From assembly GCA_945883695.1 (NCBI GenBank), contig CAMCYK010000002.1, forward strand, positions 5,676 through 69,675: a DNA stretch of 64,000 nucleotides. The letters are read 5' to 3'. Made by a program: the position numbers and the translations under genes. Positions within the stretch are counted from its first letter, which is position 1. Each line of letters starts with the position of its first letter. Below, in pieces: positions 21,049-32,100 of this stretch. The DNA comes from Akkermansia muciniphila. GTDB taxonomy: Bacteria > Verrucomicrobiota > Verrucomicrobiia > Verrucomicrobiales > Akkermansiaceae. The notes under the pieces are model-generated. The model saw nothing but the letters and a program-made list of their open reading frames with translations. It had not been told where the DNA came from and did not search any database.

Positions 21049-23555
21049 GGGATGCTTCGCAATTCGGGCTGGGTGTCTGCCGTTTCGATCGAGCGGATGG
21101 CCTCCTCGACCGCGCCGACACGGTCCTTGTTCAATGACGACGGGAACGCGCCGGCCGCCGTCTCGTTGTTCAACATCACGATCAGCTCCTTCAGCGCGGG
21201 GATCAGGGGTTTGGCGGCGGCTCCGTAGCCCGCGATGATTTTCATGATCTCGCCGGTCCGGGTTTCGCTGCCATGCCCGCCCTGGGTTTTCGCGAGACCG
21301 ACGGCGGCGGCCATGCCTTCCTTGAAATGATCTTTGGTGAGCGCCTTCAGGCCGGCCATGCGAATCACGTTGTTGAACATGGTGTCCGCCGGGCTGGGGC
21401 TTTCGACGGCCTCGAGGATGACCGGCGCGAGAGCGATCACGTCCTCCTGGCTGAGCTGGTTCTGGAAGAAATCCTCGAGCGTGGCGCGGGCCATGCCATC
21501 CGGATTCGTCGATACCGAGCGGATCGCGGCATACCGCAACCTGGGCTCCACTTTCCCGAGTTCATCCTTCAGCGGTCCGGAGAAGACGGCGGCCGCCAGT
21601 TGGCCGTGGGCGATCTGCACGGGATCCTCCCAGCGGACGGGTGACGAGGGTTCGGCGGTGGCGACGAGCGCCTTGAGGATGCCCTCCAAGGCGGGCTTGG
21701 CGGTCCCGCCCATTTTCCGGATGGCCTGCGCGGCTTTGTAACGCACCCAGCGATCCCGATGGGTGAGTTGTTTCACCAGAACCGGCAGGGCCTCCGGCGT
21801 GTTCAGCAGTCCCAGCGTCTCGCAGGCCCCCTGGACGAGGTGCGGATCATTGTCGTCGGCGAGTTTGACGAGCGCGGCGACCATCGTCCTGCCTTCCGGA
21901 CGCCGCGCGAGCTCCTCCGCCGCCCAACTGCGGACGATCGGCGACCAGTTGCCGAACGCCGCCACCAGCTCTTCCGCGGACATGGCGCGCCGGTCGAGGT
22001 CGAAGCGACCCGACGCGACGGTCGCGGCGGCCTGCTGCTTGTCGAGCCAGCCGGATTGCCTGGCATCGCGGCCGGTGATGACCAGCTTCCGCAGCGGCAG
22101 GGCATAGGTGAGGACGTAGGTGGCGGCCGGGCTCAGGTTGTAATAACCACTATCTCCATAGTAGGTGTCGTCATCGGTCCTGCCGGCTCCGTACTGTTCG
22201 CCGCCATCGTAGGTGAACGAGCCGTCCGACCGGCGCACCAGGTCGAAGTGCCACGAGGACTTGCGGAAGAACGCCGCGGCCGCCTCCGGCCCGCCGACGG
22301 CGGCGCCGAGTGCGCTCCACAGGTAGCTGAAGCCCTGGCCGGTGTGGCCGTACTCGCGGCTGGCGTATCCCGCGGTCGCCATCCGGGCGAAGAATCCGGT
22401 CTCCTTCGGTTTGTCGCCCATCACGGAAAACATCACCGCGGTGAGGGAATTCTTGCCGTTGTTCTCATGATACGGCCATGGCTCGTGTTCGCCGTAGGGA
22501 ATCGCGCCCTTGTCGGTGAAGTAGCCGAAGAAGCCGGCGGCGCGGGCGATGGCCTGGTCGACTTCAGGGTGCTTCACCCCGCACTTTCCCGCCAGCACGA
22601 TGGACAGGTTCGCGGGCAGCCCGGCCATGTTGACGGGACCGTAGGGCGGCACCGATCCGTTGAATTTGCCCTCCTTGGTCAACGCGGCGAAGCCATGGCC
22701 GAAGGTGCCGTACATGCTCTGGCCGCGGGCCAGCAGGAGGGCGATGTTGTTGATCGCGGGCAGCACCCCGGGGTCGCGGGTGACCAGGAAATACTCACAG
22801 AGGAACAGGTTGCGATAGCCCAGGTCCCAGGCATCGCCCCAGACGGGACCGGACGGCTTCCTGGCGGGATCCACGTCAACCGCCGCGAGGCCGCGCGCGA
22901 GCTCGCGCAATTTCGGCAGATAATCGGGATTGCCCGTCGCCAGCAGGGCAAGACCTTGGACCGCCCCCGTCCACCCGCCGGTCAGCTTCTCCTTGTCGAG
23001 CACCTCGCACGCTTGCTCGAAGATCCGTTTGGATTTCGCGCAGTCCCAGGGCGCGGTTTCGCTGTAACTTCCCATCACCGCGAGTTTGAGAGCGAGTTCC
23101 CGCGTTTCGCCACCGCGCGCGACCGTCAGCCTCAGGACACCGCCCTTGGCTTCCGTCTCGGCTTCCTGGATGGCCAGGGCGATGCTCTTGCGCGCGTCAT
23201 CGCCAAAGGGTCTTCCCTCGACGCCGAGGATCACGTCGTCCACTTGCACCACGCCGTCCGCCGGTGAAGCCGCGCCGACATGGGTGACCAGAATCTGCCG
23301 GCTGGCCAAGGTCGTGCGGCCCTGCGCGGCATCAAGGTTGTCCGCCGCCTTGGTATGGATCCAGCCGCGCATGCCGGTCGCGCCGAGGTTGTAGGTGAGC
23401 TTCCGATCGATCCCGGCGGTCACGCCCGGGGCGGTCAGGTCCGGCGGGGCGGCGAGGACCGGGGGTGCGGCGAGCGGGAAGACGACAAGGGAAAGCGCGG
23501 CCAAGAGGGCACGCGAACGGTCTCCCCTGGGACCGATGGAGCGGGGCTGGAGCAT
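21045..23555 (-). CDS. DUF6288-like secreted protein with HEAT-like repeats
   Basis: AAPPDLTAPG, YNLGATGMRGWI, GAIPYGEHEP, EYGHTGQGFSY, RRSDGSFTYDG shared with the next gene; HEAT-like WVRYKAAQAI. Start at MLQPR (23555) inferred; stop overlaps next ATG (ATGA). Confidence 0.8.
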   Translation of the reverse strand: MLQPRSIGPRGDRSRALLAALSLVVFPLAAPPVLAAPPDLTAPGVTAGIDRKLTYNLGATGMRGWIHTKAADNLDAAQGRTTLASRQILVTHVGAASPADGVVQVDDVILGVEGRPFGDDARKSIALAIQEAETEAKGGVLRLTVARGGETRELALKLAVMGSYSETAPWDCAKSKRIFEQACEVLDKEKLTGGWTGAVQGLALLATGNPDYLPKLRELARGLAAVDVDPARKPSGPVWGDAWDLGYRNLFLCEYFLVTRDPGVLPAINNIALLLARGQSMYGTFGHGFAALTKEGKFNGSVPPYGPVNMAGLPANLSIVLAGKCGVKHPEVDQAIARAAGFFGYFTDKGAIPYGEHEPWPYHENNGKNSLTAVMFSVMGDKPKETGFFARMATAGYASREYGHTGQGFSYLWSALGAAVGGPEAAAAFFRKSSWHFDLVRRSDGSFTYDGGEQYGAGRTDDDTYYGDSGYYNLSPAATYVLTYALPLRKLVITGRDARQSGWLDKQQAAATVASGRFDLDRRAMSAEELVAAFGNWSPIVRSWAAEELARRPEGRTMVAALVKLADDNDPHLVQGACETLGLLNTPEALPVLVKQLTHRDRWVRYKAAQAIRKMGGTAKPALEGILKALVATAEPSSPVRWEDPVQIAHGQLAAAVFSGPLKDELGKVEPRLRYAAIRSVSTNPDGMARATLEDFFQNQLSQEDVIALAPVILEAVESPSPADTMFNNVIRMAGLKALTKDHFKEGMAAAVGLAKTQGGHGSETRTGEIMKIIAGYGAAAKPLIPALKELIVMLNNETAAGAFPSSLNKDRVGAVEEAIRSIETADTQPELRSIP

Positions 23556-23668
23556 GATCTGAGAGATGGGTGCAATTTCCGGAACGTCCCTATTAAACCA
23601 ACGATTCGTGGTCATTGCGAGGATTGTTTTCTGGCCAACCTCATCTAACTTCGAATAGGTCTCGCACC

Positions 23669-24757
23669 ATGCCACCGATGTCACGAACCTCCCTGCCCGA
23701 GCAGGCCGCCGAGCACCTTCGCGAGAGCATCCAACAGGGCCGGTGGAGCGATCGCTTGCCGGGTGTGTCGCTGCTGGCGGCCGAGCTGGATGTCGCGCGT
23801 CACACGATCCGGCGCGCGTTGCAGCTTTTGGAAGCCGAGGGGCTGGTGGGCGGGCGGGGGCTGGGCCGCAGCCGTTGCATCGCCGCCGCCGGCGGATCCG
23901 CCGCCCTCCGGCGGTCACTGCGCGTGGCCATCCTGCGCCATGACAAGGACTTGGGCGACAATCCCCAAACGTCCATGGTTTTGACCCAGATCATGCACTC
24001 GCTCAAGACGGCGGGCCATGAGGTTTCATTTTGCAAGAAATCCCAGCTCGAGTTGCGGAACGATGTCGGGCGGATTGCCCGCCATCTGGCGACCATCGCG
24101 GCGGATGCCTGGGTGGTCGAGTCCGGGTCTTACCCGCTGCTGGAGTGGTGTGCCACCCGGCCCACTCCCTGCCTCGCGCTGTATGGCCGCACCGGCGACA
24201 AGCCGCTGGCCCGGACCGGGCCGGACACCGCGCCGGCCCTGCGCTCCGCCACGCGCCACCTCGTCGCGCTCGGGCATCGCCGCATTGTCCTCATCACCCG
24301 CACTTCGCACCGCAAGCCGACGCCCGGGCGCTCCGAACGCGCGTTCTTGGAAGAACTGGCCAGCCACGGCGTGGTATCGGGTGACTACAATCTGCCCGAC
24401 TGGAAGGAGACACCGGAAGGATTCCACCAATTGCTCAGCAATCTCTTCAAAAGCACGCCGCCCACCGCACTGATCATCGATGAGATCCCCCATTTCTTTG
24501 CCGCGGTGGCGTTTTGCGCGAGGCACGGCATCCGTGTCCCCGAACAAGTCTCGCTGGTTTCCACCGATTGCGATGCCATGCTGGACTGGTGCCATCCGGG
24601 ATTCGCGCACCTGCGCTGGGACAACGCGCTCATCGTGCGCCGCGTGGTGCGCTGGGTGAACGACGTGCGCATCGGCAAGCCCGACCGCAAGACCATCAAC
24701 TTCCCGGCGGAGTTCGTCCCCGGCGGCAGCACCGGCCCGGCCAATGTGGCATCATGA
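23669..24757 (+). CDS. Transcriptional regulator: GntR-like wHTH + LacI-type periplasmic-binding-protein sensor domain
   Basis: LPGVSLLAAELDVARHTIRRALQLLEAEG wHTH; C-terminal PTALII..IRVPEQVSLV; divergent from the DUF6288 pair. Confidence 0.85.
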   Translation: MPPMSRTSLPEQAAEHLRESIQQGRWSDRLPGVSLLAAELDVARHTIRRALQLLEAEGLVGGRGLGRSRCIAAAGGSAALRRSLRVAILRHDKDLGDNPQTSMVLTQIMHSLKTAGHEVSFCKKSQLELRNDVGRIARHLATIAADAWVVESGSYPLLEWCATRPTPCLALYGRTGDKPLARTGPDTAPALRSATRHLVALGHRRIVLITRTSHRKPTPGRSERAFLEELASHGVVSGDYNLPDWKETPEGFHQLLSNLFKSTPPTALIIDEIPHFFAAVAFCARHGIRVPEQVSLVSTDCDAMLDWCHPGFAHLRWDNALIVRRVVRWVNDVRIGKPDRKTINFPAEFVPGGSTGPANVAS

Positions 24758-24762
24758 TCTCC

Positions 24763-24806
24763 ATCAAAATCAAACCGCCCCCATTCCCGTGAGAGAATGG
24801 GGGCGG
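24763..24806 (-). terminator. Rho-independent terminator candidate for the 24890-28339 gene
   Basis: 12-bp perfect stem ccgcccccattc (24775-86) / gaatgggggcgg (24795-806), 8-nt loop, followed on the minus strand by UUUGAUUUUGAU; between convergent genes. Confidence 0.7.
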
Positions 24807-24889
24807 GCGTCAGGGATGAATCGTCTGTTGTGAGCGATTGATCACCCGTTTTCAGGGGGCGGCAAGGTCGCCGCGCCCTGGTCGGTGCA

Positions 24890-27800
24890 TTACGGTGTCG
24901 GCGTCACGAGCAGGCGGACGAAGCGGATGCCCAGGTCGGGCGGCAGGAGGTAGCTCAGGTTGCCACCCGCGGGCAGGGGCCGTGGAACGACGTTGGTCCA
25001 GGTGCCGAGGTCGGGCGAGGTTTGGACCTCATAGGTGCCGAGGAAAGCAGGGTTCATCGCCCATTTGATCGTGTTGGTTGCGTCCAGGCCCGGCATGGCC
25101 GTGAACGAGGAACCCGTCTGGCCCATGAAGTATTCGATACCGTTTTGCAGGCCGTCCTTGTCGTGGTCCTGATCCGCCGTCTGCCCGGGCGCGTTGGTGG
25201 CGGCCCAGCTGGCAAAACCGGAAACAACCGCCACCGTCACCGTGCCGGTGCTGCCGGCGGTGAAGTAAGTGTCGTCCGGGAAGTCCGCCAAGGAAGCCAC
25301 GGAGCCGTAGGTCCCGGGGGCTGTCCGGGCCGTTCCGCCGAGGGTCAACGAAGCGACGGTCTTGGTGCCGACATAGTTCAGGTTCAGCTTGCCGCTGGCG
25401 ATGCTCAAGGCACCGCCGCCAAGGGAGCCGGGGCCGTCAGCCCGCAGCGTGCCACCCGTGACCCGGGTGGTGCCGCCGTAGGTGTTGGTCGCGGTAAGGA
25501 TCAACGTGCCGCCGCCGACTTTGGTAAATCCAAAGCCGTTTCCCTCATCATTGATCACTGCGTTCATGGTCAATGTGGTGTCGGATCCAATCGTCGAGTT
25601 CGTCGCGAGAATCACCGCGCCGTTGAGCGTTGCAGTCGATGCGCGCAGGACTCCAAGATTCTCGCCGTTATCCGTGCCGCCGCTGAGCCTGACGGTGGTG
25701 TTGAAGGTGTTGCCGGTCCAGCCAAGATACAGAGTCGTGTTATTTCCAACATTGATGGTGCCGTCCGGCGGGCTGACAAATCCCGGGGAATAGACCGGGT
25801 TCACGGAGAACTGGCCGCCGGTGAGATTCAAAACGCCGGTAAACGCGCTCATGTTGAATCTGAACCCGGTATTCTGAAGGCCCGGGGCGGACGCGGTCAC
25901 CGTGCCCGCACCCGACAAGGACGCGGTGGCCAGAGGCCATTTGTAAGCGGCGCCGGTAGCTCCCGCAAGACGGAGAACCGCCCCGTCCGCCACGGTGAAG
26001 CTGGTGCTGCCGCCGATCGTGGCGTTTCCGTTGGCGACCAGCGTGCCGCCGTTGACGACGGTGGCACCCGTATAGGTGTTCGCGAAGGCGAGGGTGAGGG
26101 TGCTGGAACCCTCCTTGACGAGCGAGCCCCCGCCCTCAATCGATCCTCCGGTGAAGGTATAGTCGCCGGCTGCGGTGCCGACCGTGGTGGAGAAGGGAAT
26201 CACGGGTGACACAAGGTAGATCTCGCCGCCCTCGGCTTTGTTGAAGATCGCCGCGTCGCCGTCGGCAAAGGCCGCCGGAAGACCGGACGCCTGTCCGCGC
26301 CAGTTGGGGAGGAAGGTGTCCCAATCACCGTCGCCGGCGACGTCCCAAAGAACCACTTTCCCGGACACGGCCGTCACGGTGTAGCGATTGACAATCGGTG
26401 AGGCGCCCTGCGCGGTGACGGTGAAAACCACCGGGCCGCCACTGAAGCTTACCAGGCCGCCGGACACCACCGGCAGGCCGCCCACGGTGCAGGTCGCCCC
26501 GGGGGACAGCGTGAAGGTCGGCGTGAGAGTGGCCCGATTCGTTCCCGGGGACAAGTTCCAGGCGATATCGGCCTCGTTCTCAAAAACCAGGCCGACGACC
26601 GCGCCGGGACCGAAGGTCAGGATCTCCGCTTGATAGATCCTCTCGACGAAACTCCAATTGAGCAGGATGTTGGACGCCACTTCCTCGTCATATCCCGCCA
26701 ACTGAATGTAATAGGTGGTGCCGGCGGTCACCGGGATGGTCATGGATTCCTCCAAAACGGTATCTTTCGGCGTGGTTCCAAGAGCGGTGAGAGCATTCAC
26801 CGCCGACCCGGTATAGATGCCGATGATCGCATCCCATTCACCGCCACCGACCTTCGCCGAGCCGGAGGTGCCGTAGGTGAAATCGCCGTCGGCCGGGGGG
26901 GTCCATTTGAACCAGACCGTGTTGGATGCTCCGGGATTCGGTTCGCCCGCTTCCAGGGTGGAACCGGCATTGCCGGTGGCGGTCTGCGAGCCATCGGTGA
27001 CCGAGCCGGTTTGGCCGGATTGCGCGCCGGTCAAAGCAATGGCGGCGGCAAAGTTGTTGTTGGCAGCAGGGGTGGGGACCGTGACCGTCACGGTGTAGGT
27101 CTTCGTGGAGGCATCCTGCGCGGTGATCGTGTAGGTCTGCGGCAAGGTGAAGTCTCGCGGCGTGCCCGAGGGGTAAAGCGCGTCCTCTGAAGCCAAGGGA
27201 GAAACCGTGTAAGCGGGCGCGAGGGTGGCCACATCGGTGCCAAACGGCCTGCTCCAGGCGATGTCGGTTCCGGAAATGACCGCACCGGGGCCGAAGGTCA
27301 GGATGTCCTTGGCGGAACTCCCGGGAGAAACGGCAACCGTCGCGGTGTAGGTGTTGACGGTGGCGCCGTCGGTGACGGTGTAGACCACCGGGCCGGTGAA
27401 ATCTTGAGTGCTGCCGCTCACTTTGTTGCTGGCCCCGGAAGTCAGCGTGAAGGTCGGGGCGAGGGTCGTGAGATCCGTCCCGAACGGCACGGTCAAGGTG
27501 ATGGCCGCCGCGTTGGCGACCACCGGAGCCACCACGGCTGGATTGCCCGGGAGACCGAAGGTCACCATTCGGGCGGGCAAGAGCTCTATCAGCGAGATGT
27601 TGTCCCAGGAGGCGCGGCCCCCGTTCGGATTTCCAACATTGGTGCCGAATCGAACGGTGATGGCCTGCCCGACATAGGGGGTCAACGTGGCGGCATTGTA
27701 CGTTCTGGAGATTACCTGGAAGGTATTATTGTTATCTGTCCCAGGGGTGACCGAGGTCGTGGCAGGGATTTCAACTCCGTTTGCCATCAGGGCCAGTGTC

Positions 27801-28339
27801 AGCCCCCCGGTGACCGGGCTGGGGGTCGCGCCCCCCCCTTTCACCAGAGCCGAAAGCGTGTAGCCGTTGGTCGTGATCGCCCCCAGGGAAGCGGCCGAAC
27901 CGATGATATCCCCGTTGGATCCGCCCCAGCCTCCGAAGGTCTCCATGGAAGTGGAACCGTTCATGCCCAGAGTGAACAGGCCCCCACCGGGCAACACGCT
28001 GACCCAGCCGGGCATCACGATGGTGGTTCCGGTGGTAGCGTCCGAGTAATTCACGCTTCCTCCCCCCAAGGTGACCGTGCCCTCGAAGCCCCCCGTATAG
28101 GAATTGCCAGCGGCAAACTCCGCGGTGACCGCAAGGCTGGTTTCCGGCTTGTACATTTGGAATCCGCCGTTCACCACCAGTTCGTTCGCTTGAACCTGGC
28201 CACCTGCGGCAAACATCGCCATCGACCCCGCGATCATCGCGAATTTGCCGGCTCTGCCGGGGAGTCTCTTTTCCGATCCCTGCCTCCGCCCGTCGGGAGG
28301 AATCAAAGCATCCATCGCTCTTGTGATCATTGTTTTCAT
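24890..28339 (-). CDS. Secreted repeat protein (autotransporter-associated repeats, DUF5018-like Ig modules, PPC-like module)
   Basis: Signal-like AMFAAGGQVQA; repeated ILTFGPGA..LAPTFTL/YTVS modules; NTYTGATVVNGGTL repeats; C-terminal DHDKDG..EYFMG..FVRLLVTPTP. Confidence 0.8.
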   Translation of the reverse strand: MKTMITRAMDALIPPDGRRQGSEKRLPGRAGKFAMIAGSMAMFAAGGQVQANELVVNGGFQMYKPETSLAVTAEFAAGNSYTGGFEGTVTLGGGSVNYSDATTGTTIVMPGWVSVLPGGGLFTLGMNGSTSMETFGGWGGSNGDIIGSAASLGAITTNGYTLSALVKGGGATPSPVTGGLTLALMANGVEIPATTSVTPGTDNNNTFQVISRTYNAATLTPYVGQAITVRFGTNVGNPNGGRASWDNISLIELLPARMVTFGLPGNPAVVAPVVANAAAITLTVPFGTDLTTLAPTFTLTSGASNKVSGSTQDFTGPVVYTVTDGATVNTYTATVAVSPGSSAKDILTFGPGAVISGTDIAWSRPFGTDVATLAPAYTVSPLASEDALYPSGTPRDFTLPQTYTITAQDASTKTYTVTVTVPTPAANNNFAAAIALTGAQSGQTGSVTDGSQTATGNAGSTLEAGEPNPGASNTVWFKWTPPADGDFTYGTSGSAKVGGGEWDAIIGIYTGSAVNALTALGTTPKDTVLEESMTIPVTAGTTYYIQLAGYDEEVASNILLNWSFVERIYQAEILTFGPGAVVGLVFENEADIAWNLSPGTNRATLTPTFTLSPGATCTVGGLPVVSGGLVSFSGGPVVFTVTAQGASPIVNRYTVTAVSGKVVLWDVAGDGDWDTFLPNWRGQASGLPAAFADGDAAIFNKAEGGEIYLVSPVIPFSTTVGTAAGDYTFTGGSIEGGGSLVKEGSSTLTLAFANTYTGATVVNGGTLVANGNATIGGSTSFTVADGAVLRLAGATGAAYKWPLATASLSGAGTVTASAPGLQNTGFRFNMSAFTGVLNLTGGQFSVNPVYSPGFVSPPDGTINVGNNTTLYLGWTGNTFNTTVRLSGGTDNGENLGVLRASTATLNGAVILATNSTIGSDTTLTMNAVINDEGNGFGFTKVGGGTLILTATNTYGGTTRVTGGTLRADGPGSLGGGALSIASGKLNLNYVGTKTVASLTLGGTARTAPGTYGSVASLADFPDDTYFTAGSTGTVTVAVVSGFASWAATNAPGQTADQDHDKDGLQNGIEYFMGQTGSSFTAMPGLDATNTIKWAMNPAFLGTYEVQTSPDLGTWTNVVPRPLPAGGNLSYLLPPDLGIRFVRLLVTPTP

Positions 28340-28442
28340 GGTCTCTTTTTGGTTTCTGACATTGGGAATGCGTGACAGTGGCGGGGTTGCCCGAGGAGGG
28401 CCTCACGCTCCTCCCGGAATCCTTTCCTCTGAACGGGCGGGG

Positions 28443-29156
28443 TCATTGTGGCGGTGCCACCGTGACGGTGTCGACGATGGTGGTGACGGCCGGCTGGACG
28501 GCGCCCGGCGTGGCGTGGATGATGAAAATCCGCCTGCTCGCGTCGAGAAACTGCAACTGCCGCTCGGCGAATGCCACCCATGCCCCGCCCTGCTTGTAAT
28601 AGAAATTCGTCTGGGCCATGTTGAATTCATCGACCTTGCGGACGGACGGCACCGTGGTGATCTTGCCAGGTCCAACCGGCAACTTGTGTTCGCCGGCCTG
28701 GATGGCGGTTTCGACGTTGATCAGGGAAAGCACGCGCGATTCCCCGTTGGGAAACGCCTTTTCGGAATCGTCGATGAGCACCATCCGGTAGGCCGTCTTC
28801 CCGCCGGCCGGAGCCGGCAGGACGATGGCGACCGCCCGCTTGAGGTCCGGCGGCAGTTTGACGCTGGCCGCCACACCCGCGGCGGGGTTGACGGGATCGA
28901 TGACGGCTTTGTCATAGAGCACCAGCGAGCCGTTGACCGGCTGGATCAACAAGGGGGCGGAGAGATCCTTGGGCCTGAACTCCAGGCGGATCGCCGCTCC
29001 CGCTTGGTCGGGGTAAAAAAGCTCGGCGTCGGGTCGCGCCGGATCGTGCAACACGGCGCGGATCCGCACGGGAGCCGGTGGTCCCGCTTCCTGGGCATGA
29101 GCCGGGATCGACAGCCAGAGAGCGGCAAGAATGCGGAGGGTCAATTTATACATCAT
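28443..29156 (-). CDS. Hypothetical secreted protein, likely co-transcribed with the PilX-like gene
   Basis: Signal peptide (AALWLSIPAHA); starts 5 nt after the upstream stop. Confidence 0.7.
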   Translation of the reverse strand: MMYKLTLRILAALWLSIPAHAQEAGPPAPVRIRAVLHDPARPDAELFYPDQAGAAIRLEFRPKDLSAPLLIQPVNGSLVLYDKAVIDPVNPAAGVAASVKLPPDLKRAVAIVLPAPAGGKTAYRMVLIDDSEKAFPNGESRVLSLINVETAIQAGEHKLPVGPGKITTVPSVRKVDEFNMAQTNFYYKQGGAWVAFAERQLQFLDASRRIFIIHATPGAVQPAVTTIVDTVTVAPPQ

Positions 29157-29161
29157 GTGAA

Positions 29162-32100
29162 TCAGACTTCGCTACCTGAAAGCCAGCGGAACGAGACGAC
29201 CTTGATGCGGCGGCCAAAAGTTCTGTTCGCCGGCCGGGCCGCGGGGTCGACCGAGGCATTGAGCGACGGGCGGTCCGCCGGATCGACGTATTCCGGGACG
29301 CGTTGCACCACGGCCTCGGCGTAGGCGCGGGCGGTGGTGTTCCCGCTGGCGTCCCGCGCCTCGCCATAGGTGCGGATGACAAAGGTATCGCCGCGAACGG
29401 TGGCGGATGGTTCCAGGATCCGCAGCAGATCGCCCTGGTTGACCCAACCGGGAGCACCCGCCGCCGGGTTGCCGGTGGTGGCATCCGGCGTCTTGTAGTT
29501 GTAGAGCTTGGTATTGCCGAGATCCGCCAAGCCGATTGGAACCTGGCCAAGGAAGGTCGCGGGGGAAACGGCATTGTTCGGTTCATTGATCTCGGACTTG
29601 GTGATGGCGGCTTCCAGCGCGCCGCGCAGGGTGAGGAGGCGGTCCGGATCGAGCGGACCGACCTGGCGGTTCACAAACTCCGACATCGAGAGAAACGGGC
29701 CGCGTTCCCGTACTTCATCAACGATTTTCACCGCCAGGTTCTCGAGGTCGGAGTCGCTGAGCTCGCGGAAACCATTCCAGACGTTGGTTCGCTGGTTGTC
29801 GATTTTGGCGGCATCCGCCGCGGCGCCGGGATTCGCGCCGCCGTTGACCAGCGACATCGAGGTGACCGGCACGCCGGACGCCGCCTTGGTTTCCAATCCG
29901 GCGGTGCGCGCCCACAGGATGGTGACATCGCTTTTGTTCATCGATGCCAGCATTGCCTTCCATGCCTGCACGCTCGCCGAGTTGACGTTGAACGGGCCCT
30001 GGATCATTTGGAATTCGGCAGCGGTCTTGTAGGCGGTGCCGTTCGGCTTGCCGGAGGTGAAAAGCTCCGCCTTGGCAATGGCGGCGGTTTTGCCGCCGGG
30101 CAGGTAGGGCTGGAAGGCCTGCGACGCCAGTGGCGAGGTGCCGTTCATGAATTGGTCGAACACCGCATCCGGCGTCGTCCCGCCGCGGGTGGCAATCGTC
30201 GAAAAATAAAACCGGTCGTAGAGCGCGTGGTTGGCCAACACCGAATGATCCAGCATCTGGGTGCGGGTGATCCCCGGATTTATTTCGACCACCTTGTCGG
30301 CGGACATCAGCGGATGAAGCAGGGAATTGCCCACGGGCTGGACGAAATGCGGAAGGAAGGCGGTGGTGAGGGCGTTTGAGCGGCGGAAGTCGGCGATGGT
30401 CTGGAGCGGACCGGAGGGTAGCTCGAGATAGCTGCCGGACTTGATGCCGGTGGTGGTCCTATTCCCGGTGAGCGACGGAACGCGGTTGGCGGCATCCACC
30501 TCCATGTAGTCCTGATAGTCGCCCTTGCTCAGGAATGGCTGGAAATTGAGTTCGTAGGCCTGCACCGCCGGCTTCTCGGTGGCAAGGTTCGTCGTGAAAT
30601 TCGAGCGGGACGGGTTGTGGAAAAGAAAGGGCTTGCCGGCCAGGCGGCCGTCTTTGAGCAGGTTGAGCTGAGGACTCTCGGTCGGAGCCTTGGCACGGGT
30701 GTTGGTTTCGAAGACGCCGCCGTTGGTGGTCCGGGCATAGGCGGAGAAAATGGCGAACTGGCGCACGAACGTATCCTGTTGGGCGTAGGTCACGCCACCG
30801 GGTGCGGCGCAGTCCGGCGCGCTCAAAGACCCTGTGGGCGGGTAGCGGTAGACCCGGTCGTCGAAGATGTTCTTGAGGGTCGCGTCATCCGCGTAGTCGA
30901 ACTGGAGCTTGGCATAGGGTACGAGAGTGCCAAGGGAAGATGCCTGGAGCTTGGCTTCCACCTTGAACGAGGGGGTCGCGGGGGTCGACGTTGTCGTGGT
31001 ATTGTCGGCATACCAGCCGGGTCTTTGCGCCTTGAATTCGATGTAAAACCGGTCGGTGACCGTTGACTGTGAAATTTTCGGATTCGCAGGTCCTCGCAAC
31101 ATCATGAAGGGATGCCCCGTCCAGCCTCCCGGATAGACTCCCCCCGGTTTGCGCATGTTGGCAATCGTCACCGCGTACATTTCGTATCCAAGTCCGGGGG
31201 TGAAGGAGGGTTTCGCTTTGATCGCTTTGGTGAGCCGGTTGTCCCAATCGAAGCCCAGGGTGTTATGGCCCCCGCCGGTATCGGCCTTGAAAGACGAGCT
31301 GGGGGGGAAACTGGGCCCGCACACCAGTGTCTGCCCCGGCTTCATGACAATTGGGGCGGAGATGGCGGAACTGGTCGCAATCGGGTCGGCATCGCGCCAG
31401 TTGGCGATGTTCATGATGAAGGTTTTATTGGTTCTGCCATTGTGTTGGGAACCGCCATCGTAACTCATGGTATTGATGGCCTCAAAGGACCCCGGCACCA
31501 CGCTCTGGGAAACAAAGCTTCCGGACCCACCGCCTTGAAACATGAAGTTGAAAGCAACCGGTATGTTTTCGAAACGGACCTCCATCTTATGGAACAAGAT
31601 ATTGACATTGTATGGGTTGTGCAGGGTCACCACCGGCGTGAAAATGAGATTCACATGATAATCGAAATAATCCTTCAGGGCTTGGTTGCCGTTGATCCAA
31701 AAAACATCGGTGGTGGGTCTAGCCACCAGGCTGAAAATGGTATCGACCTTGGTGATGACCGGCGCCGGGTTGTAGGCGACGGGGACGTCGGCAGCGGAAA
31801 TGGCGGCTTGGTTGACCGTGAACCTCGGGTTGGTTTCGGGGCTCGTGAGATTCCTGAAGGAATTGTAGTAGCCCGCCAACGCGCTCCAGTTGGGATCGGA
31901 AACGCCGGTGATTCCATGCGTGGATTGATACAATTTCCTGCCACTGAACTCGGCGGGCAGGGTGTTGACGGTGGCGCCGCCCATTTCAAACATGGAGGAC
32001 AAGTCCTGTTTGAGCCCGCCGCCGCGCACGTCGGCCAGGACCCCCAGGGAATAAGGCGTGATGTCGTTACGGAACGGCTTGATTTTGTCCTTCGCCTGAT

